Positions 11,543-23,209 of a stretch of DNA of 64,000 nt are shown piece by piece (position 1 is the stretch's first letter; every line of letters begins with the position of its first letter). The notes beneath the pieces were generated by a model, which did no database searches, was not told where the DNA came from, and saw nothing but the letters and a program-made list of their open reading frames with translations. Origin of the DNA: Escherichia coli (lineage in GTDB: Bacteria > Pseudomonadota > Gammaproteobacteria > Enterobacterales > Enterobacteriaceae). A program made the translations under genes and the position numbers. The DNA is taken from assembly GCF_003018255.1 (NCBI RefSeq), contig NZ_CP027440.1. The stretch is one strand, 5' to 3'.

Positions 11543-12766
11543 TTATCCCCGAATATCATTTATAAATTGACGTAACACGTTCTCTTTATCGAGCGTGCGT
11601 TCGGCATATTCACGTGCCACCGTGTTGTGTTTGGGCAGCAGGAGCGCCTGACGAATCCCCGCCACCAGCGCCTCGACCGATTCCGGTTCCACGCAAACCG
11701 CAATGCCCGGAAAGGTTTCGCAAAGCTGTCCCAGTTCGGTGTGGGCTTCTGCGGTAATCACCGCGTTACCGCCTACCGCCAGAATATTGGTCAGTTTCGA
11801 CGGCAATACGGCATCTGCCGCGCCGCGTTTTTGCACCACCAGATGGCAATCGCCCATCTTCAGCAGTGCGGGTAAAGCGTCATACGATTGCAGCGGAAAA
11901 AATTGCATGTTGCGCAGTCCACGCTGCTGCGCCATTTTTTCCAGCCGCGCTTTGCCGCCGCCCTGCCCGACAATGGCAAAAATCAGCGGTTCATCGCGCA
12001 GGCGATCGGCAGCTTCAATAACGTTTTCCAGCCCCTGCTTTTCACCAATATTGCCGGAGTAAAGAATGATTTTTTTGTTATCCGGCAGGCCAAGCTGGTT
12101 ACGAAGGGCATCAACATCGGCATTTGCAACATGCTGAAAACGGGCGATTTCCGACCAGTTGGGGAAGAAGATGACGTTTTCCGCCGCCACGCCTTTTTCG
12201 ATAGCTTTATTCATCATCGAACGCGAAATCGTGGAGACGTTATCGACGTTATGCAGTCCGCTACGTTCGAACGCCGTTGCCAGCTGTGCCACTTTGCCGC
12301 CTTTACCTTTTCCGGCAAGGCCCAGCCCCAGCATGGCGTCCACTTCGTAATCCTGAATATGGAGCACCGTGCGCGCCCCAGAGAGTTTCGCCAGCAGGCG
12401 CATTCCCGGCGTGCAAAACAGCGTTGGCACCACGCCAATAATGCGATCCGGCTGCCAGCGACGTTGCGCCATCAACGGGAAAAAACTGCTGACGGCAAAA
12501 CTGCCGAGATGCAACAGGCGTTTCAGGGTGCTCGGCTGTTTTGGCACGTACAGCGGGCAGCGCCACACCGTGGCGGCCCCCTCTTCTCGTTTGTACCGCC
12601 AGGCGGAATAGTTCTCGCCCACCTGCCATTGCGGGTAGTAAGGCGGTGCGGTAATAACCCGCACCTCATGACCTTGCGCCGCAAGCCATTCCACCATCTC
12701 GCCGGTGTATTTGCCGATGCCGGTTAACTCCGGCGAGTAGTTAATGCCGTAGACCAGTATTTTCAT
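11543..12766 (-). CDS. wcaI: colanic acid glycosyltransferase WcaI
   Basis: 407 aa ORF, GT4 family. Confidence 0.9.
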   Translation of the reverse strand: MKILVYGINYSPELTGIGKYTGEMVEWLAAQGHEVRVITAPPYYPQWQVGENYSAWRYKREEGAATVWRCPLYVPKQPSTLKRLLHLGSFAVSSFFPLMAQRRWQPDRIIGVVPTLFCTPGMRLLAKLSGARTVLHIQDYEVDAMLGLGLAGKGKGGKVAQLATAFERSGLHNVDNVSTISRSMMNKAIEKGVAAENVIFFPNWSEIARFQHVANADVDALRNQLGLPDNKKIILYSGNIGEKQGLENVIEAADRLRDEPLIFAIVGQGGGKARLEKMAQQRGLRNMQFFPLQSYDALPALLKMGDCHLVVQKRGAADAVLPSKLTNILAVGGNAVITAEAHTELGQLCETFPGIAVCVEPESVEALVAGIRQALLLPKHNTVAREYAERTLDKENVLRQFINDIRG

Positions 12767-13242
12767 AATCCGGGTACTCCGGCACGCTTCTCAGCGAGAA
12801 AATAGGCGCGGCTGTTAGCGTGAACATTGTCACTGGCGAGCAGTGCGTCCGGCGTCAGCCAGCGGTAATCGTCATGCTGCTCATCCGGCAGTAACAGCTC
12901 TTCTTCCACTACTCTGAAGCGAAAACCGAGCACCACATAGTGAGTGGTGAAATCCGTGCCGGAGAAGTTATCGTCATAAAAGTGCTGCCAGACACCGTAA
13001 AACTGGCCTGCTGTTATCGGCAGACGCAGCCCCAGTTCCGCCATCGTCAGCCGCTCAAATGCGGCTTCCAGCGTTTCGTCTTTCTGCACGCGCCCTCCCG
13101 GCACAAACCAGTAACCCTGCGCCGGGCGGTTGGTTCTTTTGCCAAGCAGAAACTCGCCGCGACTGTTCTCGACAATAAAGTCGAGAGAGACAAGCGGTGT
13201 GGAGCGCACTACCGTGGCAAAGTCTTCCTGACGTAAAAACAT
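12763..13242 (-). CDS. gmm: GDP-mannose mannosyl hydrolase (Nudix) Gmm/WcaH
   Basis: 159 aa from MFLRQEDF...; Nudix-type fold; 4-bp overlap with wcaI. Confidence 0.88.
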   Translation of the reverse strand: MFLRQEDFATVVRSTPLVSLDFIVENSRGEFLLGKRTNRPAQGYWFVPGGRVQKDETLEAAFERLTMAELGLRLPITAGQFYGVWQHFYDDNFSGTDFTTHYVVLGFRFRVVEEELLLPDEQHDDYRWLTPDALLASDNVHANSRAYFLAEKRAGVPGL

Positions 13243-13244
13243 CA

Positions 13245-14210
13245 TTACCCCCGAAAGCGGTCTTGATTCTCAAGGAACCACTGGTAAGTGCTGGCAAGCC
13301 CCGCTTCCAGTGAGATTTCGTGATACCAGCCAAGCTGATGCAGGCGCGTCACATCCAGCAGTTTGCGCGGTGTACCATCCGGTTTACTGGCATCAAAAAC
13401 CACCCGACCTTTGTAACCCACCACTTTGGCGATGGTTTGCGCCAGCTCGCGGATAGTGCAGTCAACGCCCGTGCCGACGTTAATGTGCGACAGCATCGGC
13501 TGGGTGTTTTCCAGCCAGACTTCGTGCGCCAGCTCCATGACATGAATGCTCGCCGCCGCCATATCATCGACGTGCAGGAATTCACGCATCGGTGTACCGC
13601 TGCCCCATACCACCACGTCCGGCGCATTCTGTGCCGTCGCCTCGTGGAAGCGACGCAGCAATGCAGGTATCACATGGGAGTTACTCGGGTGGAAGTTGTC
13701 ATGCGGCCCGTACAGGTTGGTCGGCATGACTGAGCGGTAATCGCGTCCGTACTGGCGATTGTAAGATTCGCACAGTTTGATCCCGGCGATTTTGGCAATA
13801 GCATAAGGCTCGTTAGTCGGCTCCAGCGTGCCCTGCAACAACTCGCTTTCTGCCATCGGCTGTTTTGCCAGTTTCGGGTAGATGCAGGACGATCCGAGAA
13901 ACAGCAGTTTGTTCACGTCGTTCTGATGCGCGGCGTGAATGATGTTGCTCTCAATCATCATGTTCTGGTAGATGAAATCCGCCGGATACGTGTTGTTGGC
14001 AACAATGCCGCCCACTTTCGCCGCCGCCAGATAGACCTGGTCAATGCTTTCGCTGGCAAAGAAATCATGCACCGCGCGGCTGTCCAGCAGGTTCAGCTCG
14101 TCGCGGGTGCGTAATACCAGCTCTACATCACCGCGCTGTTCGAGCTGCCGCCTGATGGCGGAACCGACCATCCCGCGATGGCCAGCAATAAAAATGCGTT
14201 GTTTACTCAT
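13245..14210 (-). CDS. fcl: GDP-L-fucose synthase Fcl (WcaG)
   Basis: 321 aa ORF ([19 protein letters not shown]...), SDR epimerase/reductase. Confidence 0.92.
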   Translation of the reverse strand: MSKQRIFIAGHRGMVGSAIRRQLEQRGDVELVLRTRDELNLLDSRAVHDFFASESIDQVYLAAAKVGGIVANNTYPADFIYQNMMIESNIIHAAHQNDVNKLLFLGSSCIYPKLAKQPMAESELLQGTLEPTNEPYAIAKIAGIKLCESYNRQYGRDYRSVMPTNLYGPHDNFHPSNSHVIPALLRRFHEATAQNAPDVVVWGSGTPMREFLHVDDMAAASIHVMELAHEVWLENTQPMLSHINVGTGVDCTIRELAQTIAKVVGYKGRVVFDASKPDGTPRKLLDVTRLHQLGWYHEISLEAGLASTYQWFLENQDRFRG

Positions 14211-14212
14211 GC

Positions 14213-15334
14213 TTATGACTCCAGCGCGATCGCCACGTCGTAGCCGTGAGATTTCAGCAGAGAGTGTTTTTTCGCCGCTTCGAGGTCATTAGCCACCATT
14301 TCAGACACCATCTCTCTGAGGGTGATTTCCGGTTTCCAGCCCAGTTTTTCGTGCGCTTTGGTCGGGTCGCCGAGCAGCGTTTCAACTTCCGCCGGACGGA
14401 AGTAACGCGGGTCAACGGCGATAATCACATCGCCCGGTTTAACGCCCGGCGCGTCATGCCCGGTGACGGAAACCACAATGCCCTTCTCTTCAACACCCGT
14501 GCCTTCAAAGCGCAGTTTGATGCCCAACTGTGCTGCCGCCATTTCCACGAACTGACGTACGGAGTACTGAACGCCGGTCGCGATAACGAAATCTTCCGGT
14601 TGTTCCTGTTGCAGCATCATCCACTGCATTTTTACGTAGTCTTTGGCGTGGCCCCAGTCACGCAGGGAATCCATATTGCCGAGATACAGGCACGACTCCA
14701 GCCCCTGGGCGATGTTGGCGATTGCGCGGGTGATTTTGCGGGTAACGAAAGTCTCGCCACGGCGCGGGGATTCATGGTTGAAGAGAATACCGTTACAGGC
14801 GTACATGTCGTAGGATTCGCGGTAGTTAACGGTGATCCAGTAGGCGTACAGTTTGGCGACCGCATACGGAGAGCGTGGGTAGAACGGCGTGGTCTCTTTC
14901 TGCGGAATTTCCTGCACCAGACCGTACAGTTCAGAAGTAGAAGCCTGATAGAAACGGGTTTTCTTTTCCAGACCGAGGAAGCGGATCGCCTCCAGCAGGC
15001 GCAGCGTACCCATCGCATCGACGTCTGCGGTATATTCCGGTGACTCAAAAGAAACCGCAACGTGGCTCATTGCGCCCAGGTTGTACACTTCATCCGGCTG
15101 CACTTCACGCAAAATACGCGTCAGGTTGGAGGTATCACTCAGGTCGCCATAATGCAGATGGAATTTCGGGTTGCAGGTGTGCGGATCCTGATAAATGTGA
15201 TCCACGCGCTCGGTGTTGAATGACGATGCACGACGCTTAATACCATGCACCTCGTAACCTTTTTCCAGCAGAAACTCTGCCAGGTAAGAACCGTCTTGTC
15301 CGGTTACACCGGTGATGAGAGCGACTTTTGACAT
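14213..15334 (-). CDS. gmd: GDP-mannose 4,6-dehydratase Gmd
   Basis: 373 aa ORF ([23 protein letters not shown]...). Confidence 0.93.
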   Translation of the reverse strand: MSKVALITGVTGQDGSYLAEFLLEKGYEVHGIKRRASSFNTERVDHIYQDPHTCNPKFHLHYGDLSDTSNLTRILREVQPDEVYNLGAMSHVAVSFESPEYTADVDAMGTLRLLEAIRFLGLEKKTRFYQASTSELYGLVQEIPQKETTPFYPRSPYAVAKLYAYWITVNYRESYDMYACNGILFNHESPRRGETFVTRKITRAIANIAQGLESCLYLGNMDSLRDWGHAKDYVKMQWMMLQQEQPEDFVIATGVQYSVRQFVEMAAAQLGIKLRFEGTGVEEKGIVVSVTGHDAPGVKPGDVIIAVDPRYFRPAEVETLLGDPTKAHEKLGWKPEITLREMVSEMVANDLEAAKKHSLLKSHGYDVAIALES

Positions 15335-15360
15335 GTCTTATTCCTCTGTATTTTTTGAAT

Positions 15361-15909
15361 TTATTCAGTTTCAACGCGTTCGCGTATCACCACTGCGGGA
15401 TTCCCCCGGCAAACCACATTTGCCGGAAGCGATTTAAAAACACTGCTTCGTGCACCCACGACGGTGCCGTTGCCGATCGTGACGCCTGGGGCAACAAAGA
15501 CATCGGTTGCCAGCCAGCATTTCTCGCCAATCACAATAGGCGTGGCGTTAATGGTGAAATGTTGACTTGCATGGTCGTGGCTACCGGTGCATAAATAACT
15601 TTTTTGCGATATCACCGAATGTGCGCCAATGGTTATTTCACCGAGGGTATATAAATTGACGTCATCGCCGACCCACGCGTAATCACCTAAGGTTAATTTC
15701 CACGGATAGGTAATTTTTACTGACGGACGAATAACTACGTTTTTTCCTATTTTTGCGCCGAATAAACGTAATAAAAATGCCCGCCAGCGATACAATACTT
15801 GTGGCGACCAGGCAAATATTGTTGCCTGTACTGCCCACCACAATTGCACTTTAATAGCGTTGCCACCCCGGAACCCTTTCGGTACCGAGAAACCGCTTAA
15901 ATCTTGCAT
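15361..15909 (-). CDS. wcaF: colanic acid acetyltransferase WcaF
   Basis: 182 aa ORF with hexapeptide-repeat acyltransferase character. Confidence 0.88.
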   Translation of the reverse strand: MQDLSGFSVPKGFRGGNAIKVQLWWAVQATIFAWSPQVLYRWRAFLLRLFGAKIGKNVVIRPSVKITYPWKLTLGDYAWVGDDVNLYTLGEITIGAHSVISQKSYLCTGSHDHASQHFTINATPIVIGEKCWLATDVFVAPGVTIGNGTVVGARSSVFKSLPANVVCRGNPAVVIRERVETE

Positions 15910-15924
15910 CGTTTTCCCTTATAT

Positions 15925-16671
15925 TCAGCTTTTGTTATATAAGGCTTTCGTCTTTGAGGTAGTACGTTGGCGTAAATGCCAGGATAATTCTGCCCAGAAG
16001 CCAGGCACATGTAATATTTGCCGTTGGACTTTTTTGGCGTCAGCACACAATTCCATATTATTGGTGGTTGATACCCCACCCATAGAAAATTCAGACACCA
16101 GGCCATTGAGTTTTTTAAATGCATAACCGGCTTTATACATTTTGGCTACCAGCGCGTAGTCGGAAGAAACTTTATATTCCAGGTCATAACGCCATTTTTT
16201 CAAGCCGGACACCGGGAAAAATATCGCCTGATGACTGGCGGGCAGGCTGTGATAAATATACCAACCCGGTTTGGCGCTACGTTTAATTTTATGCCCGTCG
16301 CCAAAATCCAGCAGCGCATCGCCGGTGATCATCATGTTATCTTTTTGCACTTTTAACTTACGGACAAAATTTGCGGCATCCTGATGAAAAATATCGCCTG
16401 AGTTGAGAAACAACGCGAACTTGCCATGCGCCATCGCAATGCCTTTGTTCATGGCGTCGTAGATACCGTTATCTGGCTCGCTGACAAAGCGTAGGTTATA
16501 GATACCATTGAGATTTTCCAGATACTCACGGGTGCCGTCATTGGAACCGCCATCGACAACAATCCATTCGAAGCTGATATCGTCAGCCTGCGCCAGATGC
16601 GCCAACGAGGCATGTGTTTTGACTATCCCTGCGAGGTTACGAAACGCGACAGTGATTATGCTAAGCAACAT
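15925..16671 (-). CDS. wcaE: colanic acid glycosyltransferase WcaE
   Basis: 248 aa ORF, GT2 family (DGGSNDGT...). Confidence 0.88.
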   Translation of the reverse strand: MLLSIITVAFRNLAGIVKTHASLAHLAQADDISFEWIVVDGGSNDGTREYLENLNGIYNLRFVSEPDNGIYDAMNKGIAMAHGKFALFLNSGDIFHQDAANFVRKLKVQKDNMMITGDALLDFGDGHKIKRSAKPGWYIYHSLPASHQAIFFPVSGLKKWRYDLEYKVSSDYALVAKMYKAGYAFKKLNGLVSEFSMGGVSTTNNMELCADAKKVQRQILHVPGFWAELSWHLRQRTTSKTKALYNKS

Positions 16672-16681
16672 GTTCTTATTC

Positions 16682-17899
16682 TTACCTCGTAATATTTAAC
16701 GCTTTTCGCAAAATAAACGGACAGACGATTAAAAATGCATATTCCGGGCTAAATATCGAACCGGTAAAAAACAGCGATACCGGAGTAAAAAGATATAATT
16801 GCACGCGAAAATTGCGGTTATCACCAAAAGCGTTGATCATCATTTTTATCACTTTCCCCATGTACCACAGCGATAAAAACACTGCGAACCAGGAAAAATA
16901 AATAATCAGCAGATACAAACCATTGTCTATGGTTTTTCCGACATCCGCACCGTTAAATATTCCGAATGATGCGACATATTCATAAAGTGAGCCAAATCTG
17001 ACTACACCGTCAATATGGGTCAAAGAATAACCGACCATCACCAGCGGACCGACAATACGATAATACGATGACGATCCTTCCGTACCTAAATCGCCCAGAC
17101 GGGTGGAAATATAAGGAAACGCGATTACCACACCAACCAGGAATACAGCCAGAGAAATCAATGCTAACGGTAACTTTTTCTTAATCGCCTCTTTATTCAG
17201 ATATTGAAATGCCCACTCCAGCAAATAAAACAGGATAAAGGTCATAACCCCTGAAAACGATCCGGATAATATTATCCCTGCAAGAATCATAGCATCGGTT
17301 TTAGGCGTTTTGATACCAAACTGTTTGATGCTGAGCCAAATTGAGATTAATGCCAGAGCGAAAAATGCCGGTTCGAAATAAAGTGCTGTCGTGCGCTTGC
17401 CGCCGAATTTAATGAAATTCAGCACATAGCTGTTGCTGTAAATCAGATATTTCGAAATCGACTCCATAATACTGCTACCGCCGGTGAGGATAATTTGCGC
17501 CATCTCCACCGCCGCCAGCACCACCACCAACCCGACCACCAGATAAAAGAAACGTAATATCTTGCGGTGGTTGTGTGGCGAAATTGTTTTAAAGCGAATA
17601 CTCCACACCATGCCAATAATGATCACAATATAGACAAACAGCATGGTTGAAGTGACATATTTACTGGCATCCAGCGACTGACCAAACAGGTAGTTAAACG
17701 CCGTGAGCCCCGCGCCAATCCCCAAGGCAATCATCAATTTTTTAACGCTGATTCGCTCTAAAAACAGCAGTAACAAGACAGGTAAAAAAGTGACGATGGT
17801 GATGGGGAAACTTTCGCCAAGCTGGGCGATTTTGACATTAACCAGCAGGTAGATCAGCGGCAGCAGCAGGTAGCTACAGATTCTGATAGAAGTTGACAT
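16682..17899 (-). CDS. wcaD: colanic acid polymerase WcaD
   Basis: Polytopic membrane ORF; track ORF is 429 aa, start placed at internal [12 protein letters not shown] giving 405 aa; overlaps wcaC 3' end. Confidence 0.8.
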   Translation of the reverse strand: MSTSIRICSYLLLPLIYLLVNVKIAQLGESFPITIVTFLPVLLLLFLERISVKKLMIALGIGAGLTAFNYLFGQSLDASKYVTSTMLFVYIVIIIGMVWSIRFKTISPHNHRKILRFFYLVVGLVVVLAAVEMAQIILTGGSSIMESISKYLIYSNSYVLNFIKFGGKRTTALYFEPAFFALALISIWLSIKQFGIKTPKTDAMILAGIILSGSFSGVMTFILFYLLEWAFQYLNKEAIKKKLPLALISLAVFLVGVVIAFPYISTRLGDLGTEGSSSYYRIVGPLVMVGYSLTHIDGVVRFGSLYEYVASFGIFNGADVGKTIDNGLYLLIIYFSWFAVFLSLWYMGKVIKMMINAFGDNRNFRVQLYLFTPVSLFFTGSIFSPEYAFLIVCPFILRKALNITR

Positions 17900-19091
17900 A
17901 CTCCTCCAGCATCTGTTGTCCACTGTAGGCGGCGCGGCTGCGCTGGCTGAACTCAGCCAGCGTGGTACCAAATATCGCTTGTGCGATTTCCGGTTTGCTT
18001 AACTGCACCAGTTGCAGCACATCTTCTTCGCTGACGGTTTTACCACCGGATTTTTGCAGCACTTCACGCGCCGCATCGCTATGGGTGGCAATCACCGGCA
18101 CGCCAATCGATAACGCCTCACACAAAATCAGCGGGTAGTTATCGACGCGAGAACTGAACACCAGCGCATCCATCTGGTTGAGCGCGCTCATCAGTTTACG
18201 TTTGTCAGTTTCAAAGCCGTGATTAACAACGTTACCAGCGGTGAACGGCGAGAACTTACCGAAAGTATGCAGTTCGATTTTGTCGCCCAGCGCCATCATC
18301 TCGCGTACCAGTTGCTGGTTAGTTTTGCCGTCGTAACGCAGGTCATGCGCCACCACCGCGATTTTCGGCTTGCCCTGGGTTTCGCGCACCGGAGGCAAGT
18401 CCGCCAGAATCGCTTCGGTTGCCATATCAATACCGTTATTGATAATCCGGCAACGCCCTGGACCGTACAGACTATTGAAAGCGTCTGCCACATGCTGGCT
18501 GGGGGAAATAAACTGACAGCCCAGCGCCAGCATCTCGCTGAATAACTGCCGTTTGCCCGCCACCAGTTGGTGTGCGCGATCAATCTTCACCGGCGGATAA
18601 TTATTTAAGGTCGGGCATTTCTGGCAGCCCGTTTTCCAGCCTTCGCAACCGTCGGTAAAGGCGCAGCGTCCGGTAACGCTCCAGTGATCGTGTAACGTCC
18701 AGACCAGAGTGACATCCGGTTTATGGTTTTTCACTTTTTCGCAAAAGCGCACCACGCTCTTAAGATTCAACCAGTAGCTGTGCAGCACATGAAAATGCAG
18801 GACCACCGGACCCGGTGTGCGAGTAATGGTGCGATATAACTCATTGAAATTGCCGAACAGATCGCGATTAAGCAGACGAAACAACGCAATGTTCGCCATC
18901 GCGGTCATCCGCGGCGTATGTTTGATGACCTGCGGATAGTTTTGATGGCTGACGCTCTCTTTGCCGCCTTTGCCGTAGCCGTAGACAAAATGTGACGCCA
19001 GCCCCTGTTGCAGCGCGCGCTGGTGGAGATCTAACGCCACACCTGCCGCCCCGCCTTCCGCCAGTCGCACATTGAATTGCAGAATATTCAT
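17874..19091 (-). CDS. wcaC: colanic acid glycosyltransferase WcaC
   Basis: 405 aa ORF, GT4 family. Confidence 0.88.
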   Translation of the reverse strand: MNILQFNVRLAEGGAAGVALDLHQRALQQGLASHFVYGYGKGGKESVSHQNYPQVIKHTPRMTAMANIALFRLLNRDLFGNFNELYRTITRTPGPVVLHFHVLHSYWLNLKSVVRFCEKVKNHKPDVTLVWTLHDHWSVTGRCAFTDGCEGWKTGCQKCPTLNNYPPVKIDRAHQLVAGKRQLFSEMLALGCQFISPSQHVADAFNSLYGPGRCRIINNGIDMATEAILADLPPVRETQGKPKIAVVAHDLRYDGKTNQQLVREMMALGDKIELHTFGKFSPFTAGNVVNHGFETDKRKLMSALNQMDALVFSSRVDNYPLILCEALSIGVPVIATHSDAAREVLQKSGGKTVSEEDVLQLVQLSKPEIAQAIFGTTLAEFSQRSRAAYSGQQMLEEYVNFYQNL

Positions 19092-19576
19092 TTAATTACC
19101 TTCACTCGCGCTTTTTCTCCCACCACCAGCGCGTTGTCCGGGACAGAGTCGAGCACCACGCTGCCCGCGCCCACGGTGACGTTGTTACCAAGCGTGATAT
19201 CACCAAGAATAATGACGTTGGCACCGAGTTCGACGCCGTTGCCAATGTGTGGACATGCCATGTTATCGGCACCACGATTGCCGATAGTGACGCCGTGGCG
19301 AATGGTGAAATCATCCCCCGCTACCACGTTTTTATTGATCACTACGGCGTAACCGTGATGGATAGTGAAACGGCGGCCAATGGTCGCGGCGGCCTGGATT
19401 TCATAACCGAAAAAGCATTCGGTGATAATGCGATACAGCACCAGCAGCGGGGCCGCCCAAAGATTGTTGAGGACGTTCTTTTTGCGCCACACCGAACAAA
19501 AATGAGCGGCGCGATAGGCAAGAACCATGCAGCACGGGCGTAAACTCCAGCTGTTGGCGCGCAGATCTTCCAGCAT
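19088..19576 (-). CDS. wcaB: colanic acid acetyltransferase WcaB
   Basis: 162 aa ORF, serine-acetyltransferase-like hexapeptide repeats. Confidence 0.88.
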   Translation of the reverse strand: MLEDLRANSWSLRPCCMVLAYRAAHFCSVWRKKNVLNNLWAAPLLVLYRIITECFFGYEIQAAATIGRRFTIHHGYAVVINKNVVAGDDFTIRHGVTIGNRGADNMACPHIGNGVELGANVIILGDITLGNNVTVGAGSVVLDSVPDNALVVGEKARVKVIK

Positions 19577-19578
19577 CT

Positions 19579-20418
19579 TTAGCGCCCCCGAATACCATCA
19601 GCCAGACGTTTGCCGTTACGCACCGACAGCAGCGTCAACAAGGTGCGCCAGGTCATGCGTTTATTGCGGATCTGGTAGAGGGTAAACAGCTGATATTTTT
19701 TGCTGGCGCGGTCAAATTTGTCTTTGTGCTTACGGTAAAAGTGGAAGTATCCGGAGAATTTTTTCGGTGACGAGGTGATCTGCATTTCGCCGTGATTGAT
19801 ATGCAGGATCTGCGTCGCCTCTTCCACTTTCCACGGTTCGCCGTACTCCACCACCATCCGCAGGAAGATGTCGTAATCCTGTGCCGCTTTCAGTTCGGTA
19901 TCGAACAAGCACTCTTTGAAACGCCACGCCCAGGTAAAGACCTGATTGCCAATGATATTGCGTTTGTAGAACAGGCGGCGTGAATACGGCGATTTGGGAT
20001 ACAGCGGCAAGCTTGCCGGTTGGGAATAGACTTCGCCCTGGCAAACGTAGTCGTTAGCGTACAAAAAGGCGTGAGTGACCAGTTGCTGTTTATGGGCGAG
20101 GAAGACGCTCAGGCGGTTGGGTGTCCATTCATCATCATCATCGATCCCGGTGATGTATTCCCCTTGCGCCAGCATAATCGCCTGGTTACGTACCGCGCAC
20201 GCCCCGCTGTTAATGTCGTTGTGAATGTAAGTGATACGCGGATCGTTGAGGGCGGTGACGTACTGTTGTAGTTGTTCCCAGGAGGTGGAGCAATCATCCA
20301 CGATGATCATCTCCCAGTTACTGTAGTCCTGGCGCAGGACCGATTTTATCGCCCGAATCGCCAGTTGTTGACGGTTCCAGGTCGGCATATAGATTGAAAT
20401 CAGCGGATTGTCTTTCAT
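19579..20418 (-). CDS. wcaA: colanic acid glycosyltransferase WcaA
   Basis: 279 aa ORF, GT2 (IYMPTWNRQQLAIRAIKSVLRQ...DDCS). Confidence 0.88.
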   Translation of the reverse strand: MKDNPLISIYMPTWNRQQLAIRAIKSVLRQDYSNWEMIIVDDCSTSWEQLQQYVTALNDPRITYIHNDINSGACAVRNQAIMLAQGEYITGIDDDDEWTPNRLSVFLAHKQQLVTHAFLYANDYVCQGEVYSQPASLPLYPKSPYSRRLFYKRNIIGNQVFTWAWRFKECLFDTELKAAQDYDIFLRMVVEYGEPWKVEEATQILHINHGEMQITSSPKKFSGYFHFYRKHKDKFDRASKKYQLFTLYQIRNKRMTWRTLLTLLSVRNGKRLADGIRGR

Positions 20419-20480
20419 AGGTTGTTCTCCCGGAGTGTCGAGATGTTCTGCCGGTTTATAAGCTGGTTTACAGGTTCTGT

Positions 20481-20585
<105 letters not shown>

Positions 20586-20595
20586 GCGGATTTCG

Positions 20596-22758
20596 TTATT
20601 TCGCGTCCGACTTATATTCGTATTCGTAATAGCCATAATCCTGATACGCGCTGGCGCGACGGAAGATGGAGTTCAGAATCACCCCTTTCACCGGAATACC
20701 GTTTTGCTCAAAGCGGCTCAGACTGGTTTCCACTTCTTTCAATGTGTTGACCGCATAACGCGCCACCATCAACGTGGTTCCGACATGACGACCAACAATT
20801 GCCGCATCGGTCACTGCCAGAATCGGCGGCGTGTCAATTAACACCAGGTCGTAGTTTTTACTCGCCCACTTCACCAGTTCGGCAAAGCGTTCGCTCATTA
20901 ACAGTTCTGAAGGATTTGGCGGCACCTGACCGCGCGGGATCAGGTCAAATTTGGCAATAGAGGTCGGTTTAGCAGCGGTAGTAATATCGCCCTGACCAAT
21001 CAGAATTTCCGACAGGCCATTAACGTTATTAGTGCCCAACAGCTCGTGGGTGTAGCCTTTGCGCATATCGCAGTCGATCAACAACACCCGTTTATTGGTC
21101 TGACTGATCACCGCCGCCAGGTTAGCGCAGACAAAGGTTTTACCGATTGACGGGCTAACCCCGGTCATCATCAACACATTGTTCTGCGCCTGCATCATCG
21201 CGAAGTGCAGACTGGTACGCAGACTGCGGATGGCTTCAATCGCCAGATCGGTTGGATTCCCCACCGCCAGTAGCTGGCTCTGTTTATAGCGTTTAACCCC
21301 TTTGATGGTTTTGACGCTATCGCGCGCTTTCTGCCATTCCGACAGCGGGATGCTGGCATAGACGCTAATACCGTGTTCTTCCAGCACCTGTGGGCTTTCG
21401 ATGCCGCGATTGAACAACGAGCGCAGCAGCACACCCACGATAGAGAGCATCAGGCCGAGGATAATTGCACCGAGGATAATCAACCCTTTCTTCGGTTTCA
21501 GCACACCAGGCTGAGTGATTGCCGGGTCAACAATGCGCACATCGCCGACGGTGCTGGCTTCGGTGATTTTCAGCTCCTGCTCTTTATTCAGCAGTTGCAT
21601 ATAGACCTGCTGACCAGACTCGACATCGCGGGTCAGGCGCACAATCTCCTGCTGGGTTTTCGGCATCGCCGTTACGCGACCATTAAGTTTGGCTTTTTCG
21701 TCTTCCAGCGCCTGCCGTTTCTCCAGCAGCGTGCGGTACGCCGGGTGAACTTTGGTGTACAGCTTGGAGATTTCCGCCTCTTTAAAGGTCAGTTCGTTCA
21801 ACTGCGCGTCGATGTTCACCATCGAATCGAGCACCGCTTTCGCTTCCAGCGGCAGATCAACTGAATCTTTATCCTGACGGAAGGCATTCAGTTTGTTTTC
21901 GGCAACATCGAGGCGGCTACGTACTTCCGGTAACTGTTGCGCGAGGAAAGCGAGGCTTTTCGACGCTTCCGCGGATTTGCGCTCAATATTTTGTTCCTGA
22001 TAGTTACGGGCGATACTGTTAAGAATGTCGCGGATCTGTTCGCGGTCTTCACCGGTATAAGTCAGGCTCAGTACGCCTGCGTCTTTGCCGTTCTCCATTA
22101 CCGTCAGGCTGTTTTGCAGTTGGTTGATCATCCCCAGCGTGGAGTATTTGGTGACGGTAAACTCACTGCCCGGGCTGGCGTGAATGGCTTCCACCATCAG
22201 TGTGACGCCTTCTTTTTTCAGCATCTGGCCCGCTTGCCCACGGGCGCTAAAGCCGCCATCACTGCTCAGGGTGTAGTTTTTGTCATCAAGCACATTAAGC
22301 GTAAACACCTGATCCGCCATCTCTTTCGGGCGGTTAAAGGTGGTCACTTTCACCGTCTCGTTCTGGCGACCCATCAAACGATCCCAGCCCGCACCGAAAA
22401 TCGGGAACGTGTTTTTGCTCACCGCAATATCGAGGTCGAGATCGTCCACCGTTTTACCAAGCACCAGGCGAGAACGAATCAACTGGATCTCGGCGTCCGA
22501 TGCTGGCGGTTTGTTGGCTAATGCCGATCCGATATCCTGCACTAACGAATTGCCGCTGCTTTGTTCGATTTGTACCAGTGCGTCGGCGCTGTATATCGGC
22601 GTGGCGAAGAAGGTGTAAACCACGGCACAGAGGGCGAATACGGCGGTGATGCCAATTACCCACCAGCGCGCTTCAATGACGGTGCCGACCAGGCGACCAA
22701 TATCGATTTCATCACTGCCCGTTACCGGAGCGGCATGTTGTTTTACTTTTTCTGTCAT
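20596..22758 (-). CDS. wzc: tyrosine autokinase / capsule co-polymerase Wzc
   Basis: ORF 20596-22794; start placed at MTEKVKQHAAPV giving 720 aa; Walker A (GVSPSIGKT) and C-terminal Tyr-rich tail (YQDYGYYEYEYKSDAK). Confidence 0.9.
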   Translation of the reverse strand: MTEKVKQHAAPVTGSDEIDIGRLVGTVIEARWWVIGITAVFALCAVVYTFFATPIYSADALVQIEQSSGNSLVQDIGSALANKPPASDAEIQLIRSRLVLGKTVDDLDLDIAVSKNTFPIFGAGWDRLMGRQNETVKVTTFNRPKEMADQVFTLNVLDDKNYTLSSDGGFSARGQAGQMLKKEGVTLMVEAIHASPGSEFTVTKYSTLGMINQLQNSLTVMENGKDAGVLSLTYTGEDREQIRDILNSIARNYQEQNIERKSAEASKSLAFLAQQLPEVRSRLDVAENKLNAFRQDKDSVDLPLEAKAVLDSMVNIDAQLNELTFKEAEISKLYTKVHPAYRTLLEKRQALEDEKAKLNGRVTAMPKTQQEIVRLTRDVESGQQVYMQLLNKEQELKITEASTVGDVRIVDPAITQPGVLKPKKGLIILGAIILGLMLSIVGVLLRSLFNRGIESPQVLEEHGISVYASIPLSEWQKARDSVKTIKGVKRYKQSQLLAVGNPTDLAIEAIRSLRTSLHFAMMQAQNNVLMMTGVSPSIGKTFVCANLAAVISQTNKRVLLIDCDMRKGYTHELLGTNNVNGLSEILIGQGDITTAAKPTSIAKFDLIPRGQVPPNPSELLMSERFAELVKWASKNYDLVLIDTPPILAVTDAAIVGRHVGTTLMVARYAVNTLKEVETSLSRFEQNGIPVKGVILNSIFRRASAYQDYGYYEYEYKSDAK

Positions 22759-22760
22759 TC

Positions 22761-23204
22761 TTATACCTGCTCTGCGTTCAATGCCTGCGCCCACTGGCGG
22801 GCAGACCGTTCAAGTAATGTGTACACCGCTACAAACGTTTCCCGGCTTTTGCGATACGGATCGGGGATTTCACATTCGTTATCCCAGTGACCAAACAGCA
22901 TCACTTTGCCGCGCATCTCCGGTGCCATCTCGCATAAGCGTTCGATATGGCGCTTTTCCATGGTCAAAATCAGGTCGTAGTTGCGACACAGGCGACGGCT
23001 GATTTGCCGTGCACAGTGACCTTCCAGAGACAGTTGATGTTCTGCGGCGACGCTGATAGCAGTAGGGTCAGCGCCCTTACCGACCAGCGCGCCGAGTCCA
23101 GCGGACTCCACTTTCAGCTCCGGGTGATAACGTTGCAGTAAGCGTTCCGCCGTCGGGGAACGGCAAATATTGCCGACACAGACAACTAAGATGTTGTTAA
23201 ACAT
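22761..23204 (-). CDS. wzb: low-molecular-weight protein-tyrosine phosphatase Wzb
   Basis: 147 aa ORF with CX5R motif (VCVGNICRSP). Confidence 0.92.
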   Translation of the reverse strand: MFNNILVVCVGNICRSPTAERLLQRYHPELKVESAGLGALVGKGADPTAISVAAEHQLSLEGHCARQISRRLCRNYDLILTMEKRHIERLCEMAPEMRGKVMLFGHWDNECEIPDPYRKSRETFVAVYTLLERSARQWAQALNAEQV

Positions 23205-23209
23205 GACGA

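Noticed and set aside
11888-12727. 279 aa plus-strand ORF
   Set aside because: Antisense to wcaI; low-complexity R/Q/A-rich translation, no RBS.
14246-15043. 265 aa plus-strand ORF
   Set aside because: Antisense to gmd.
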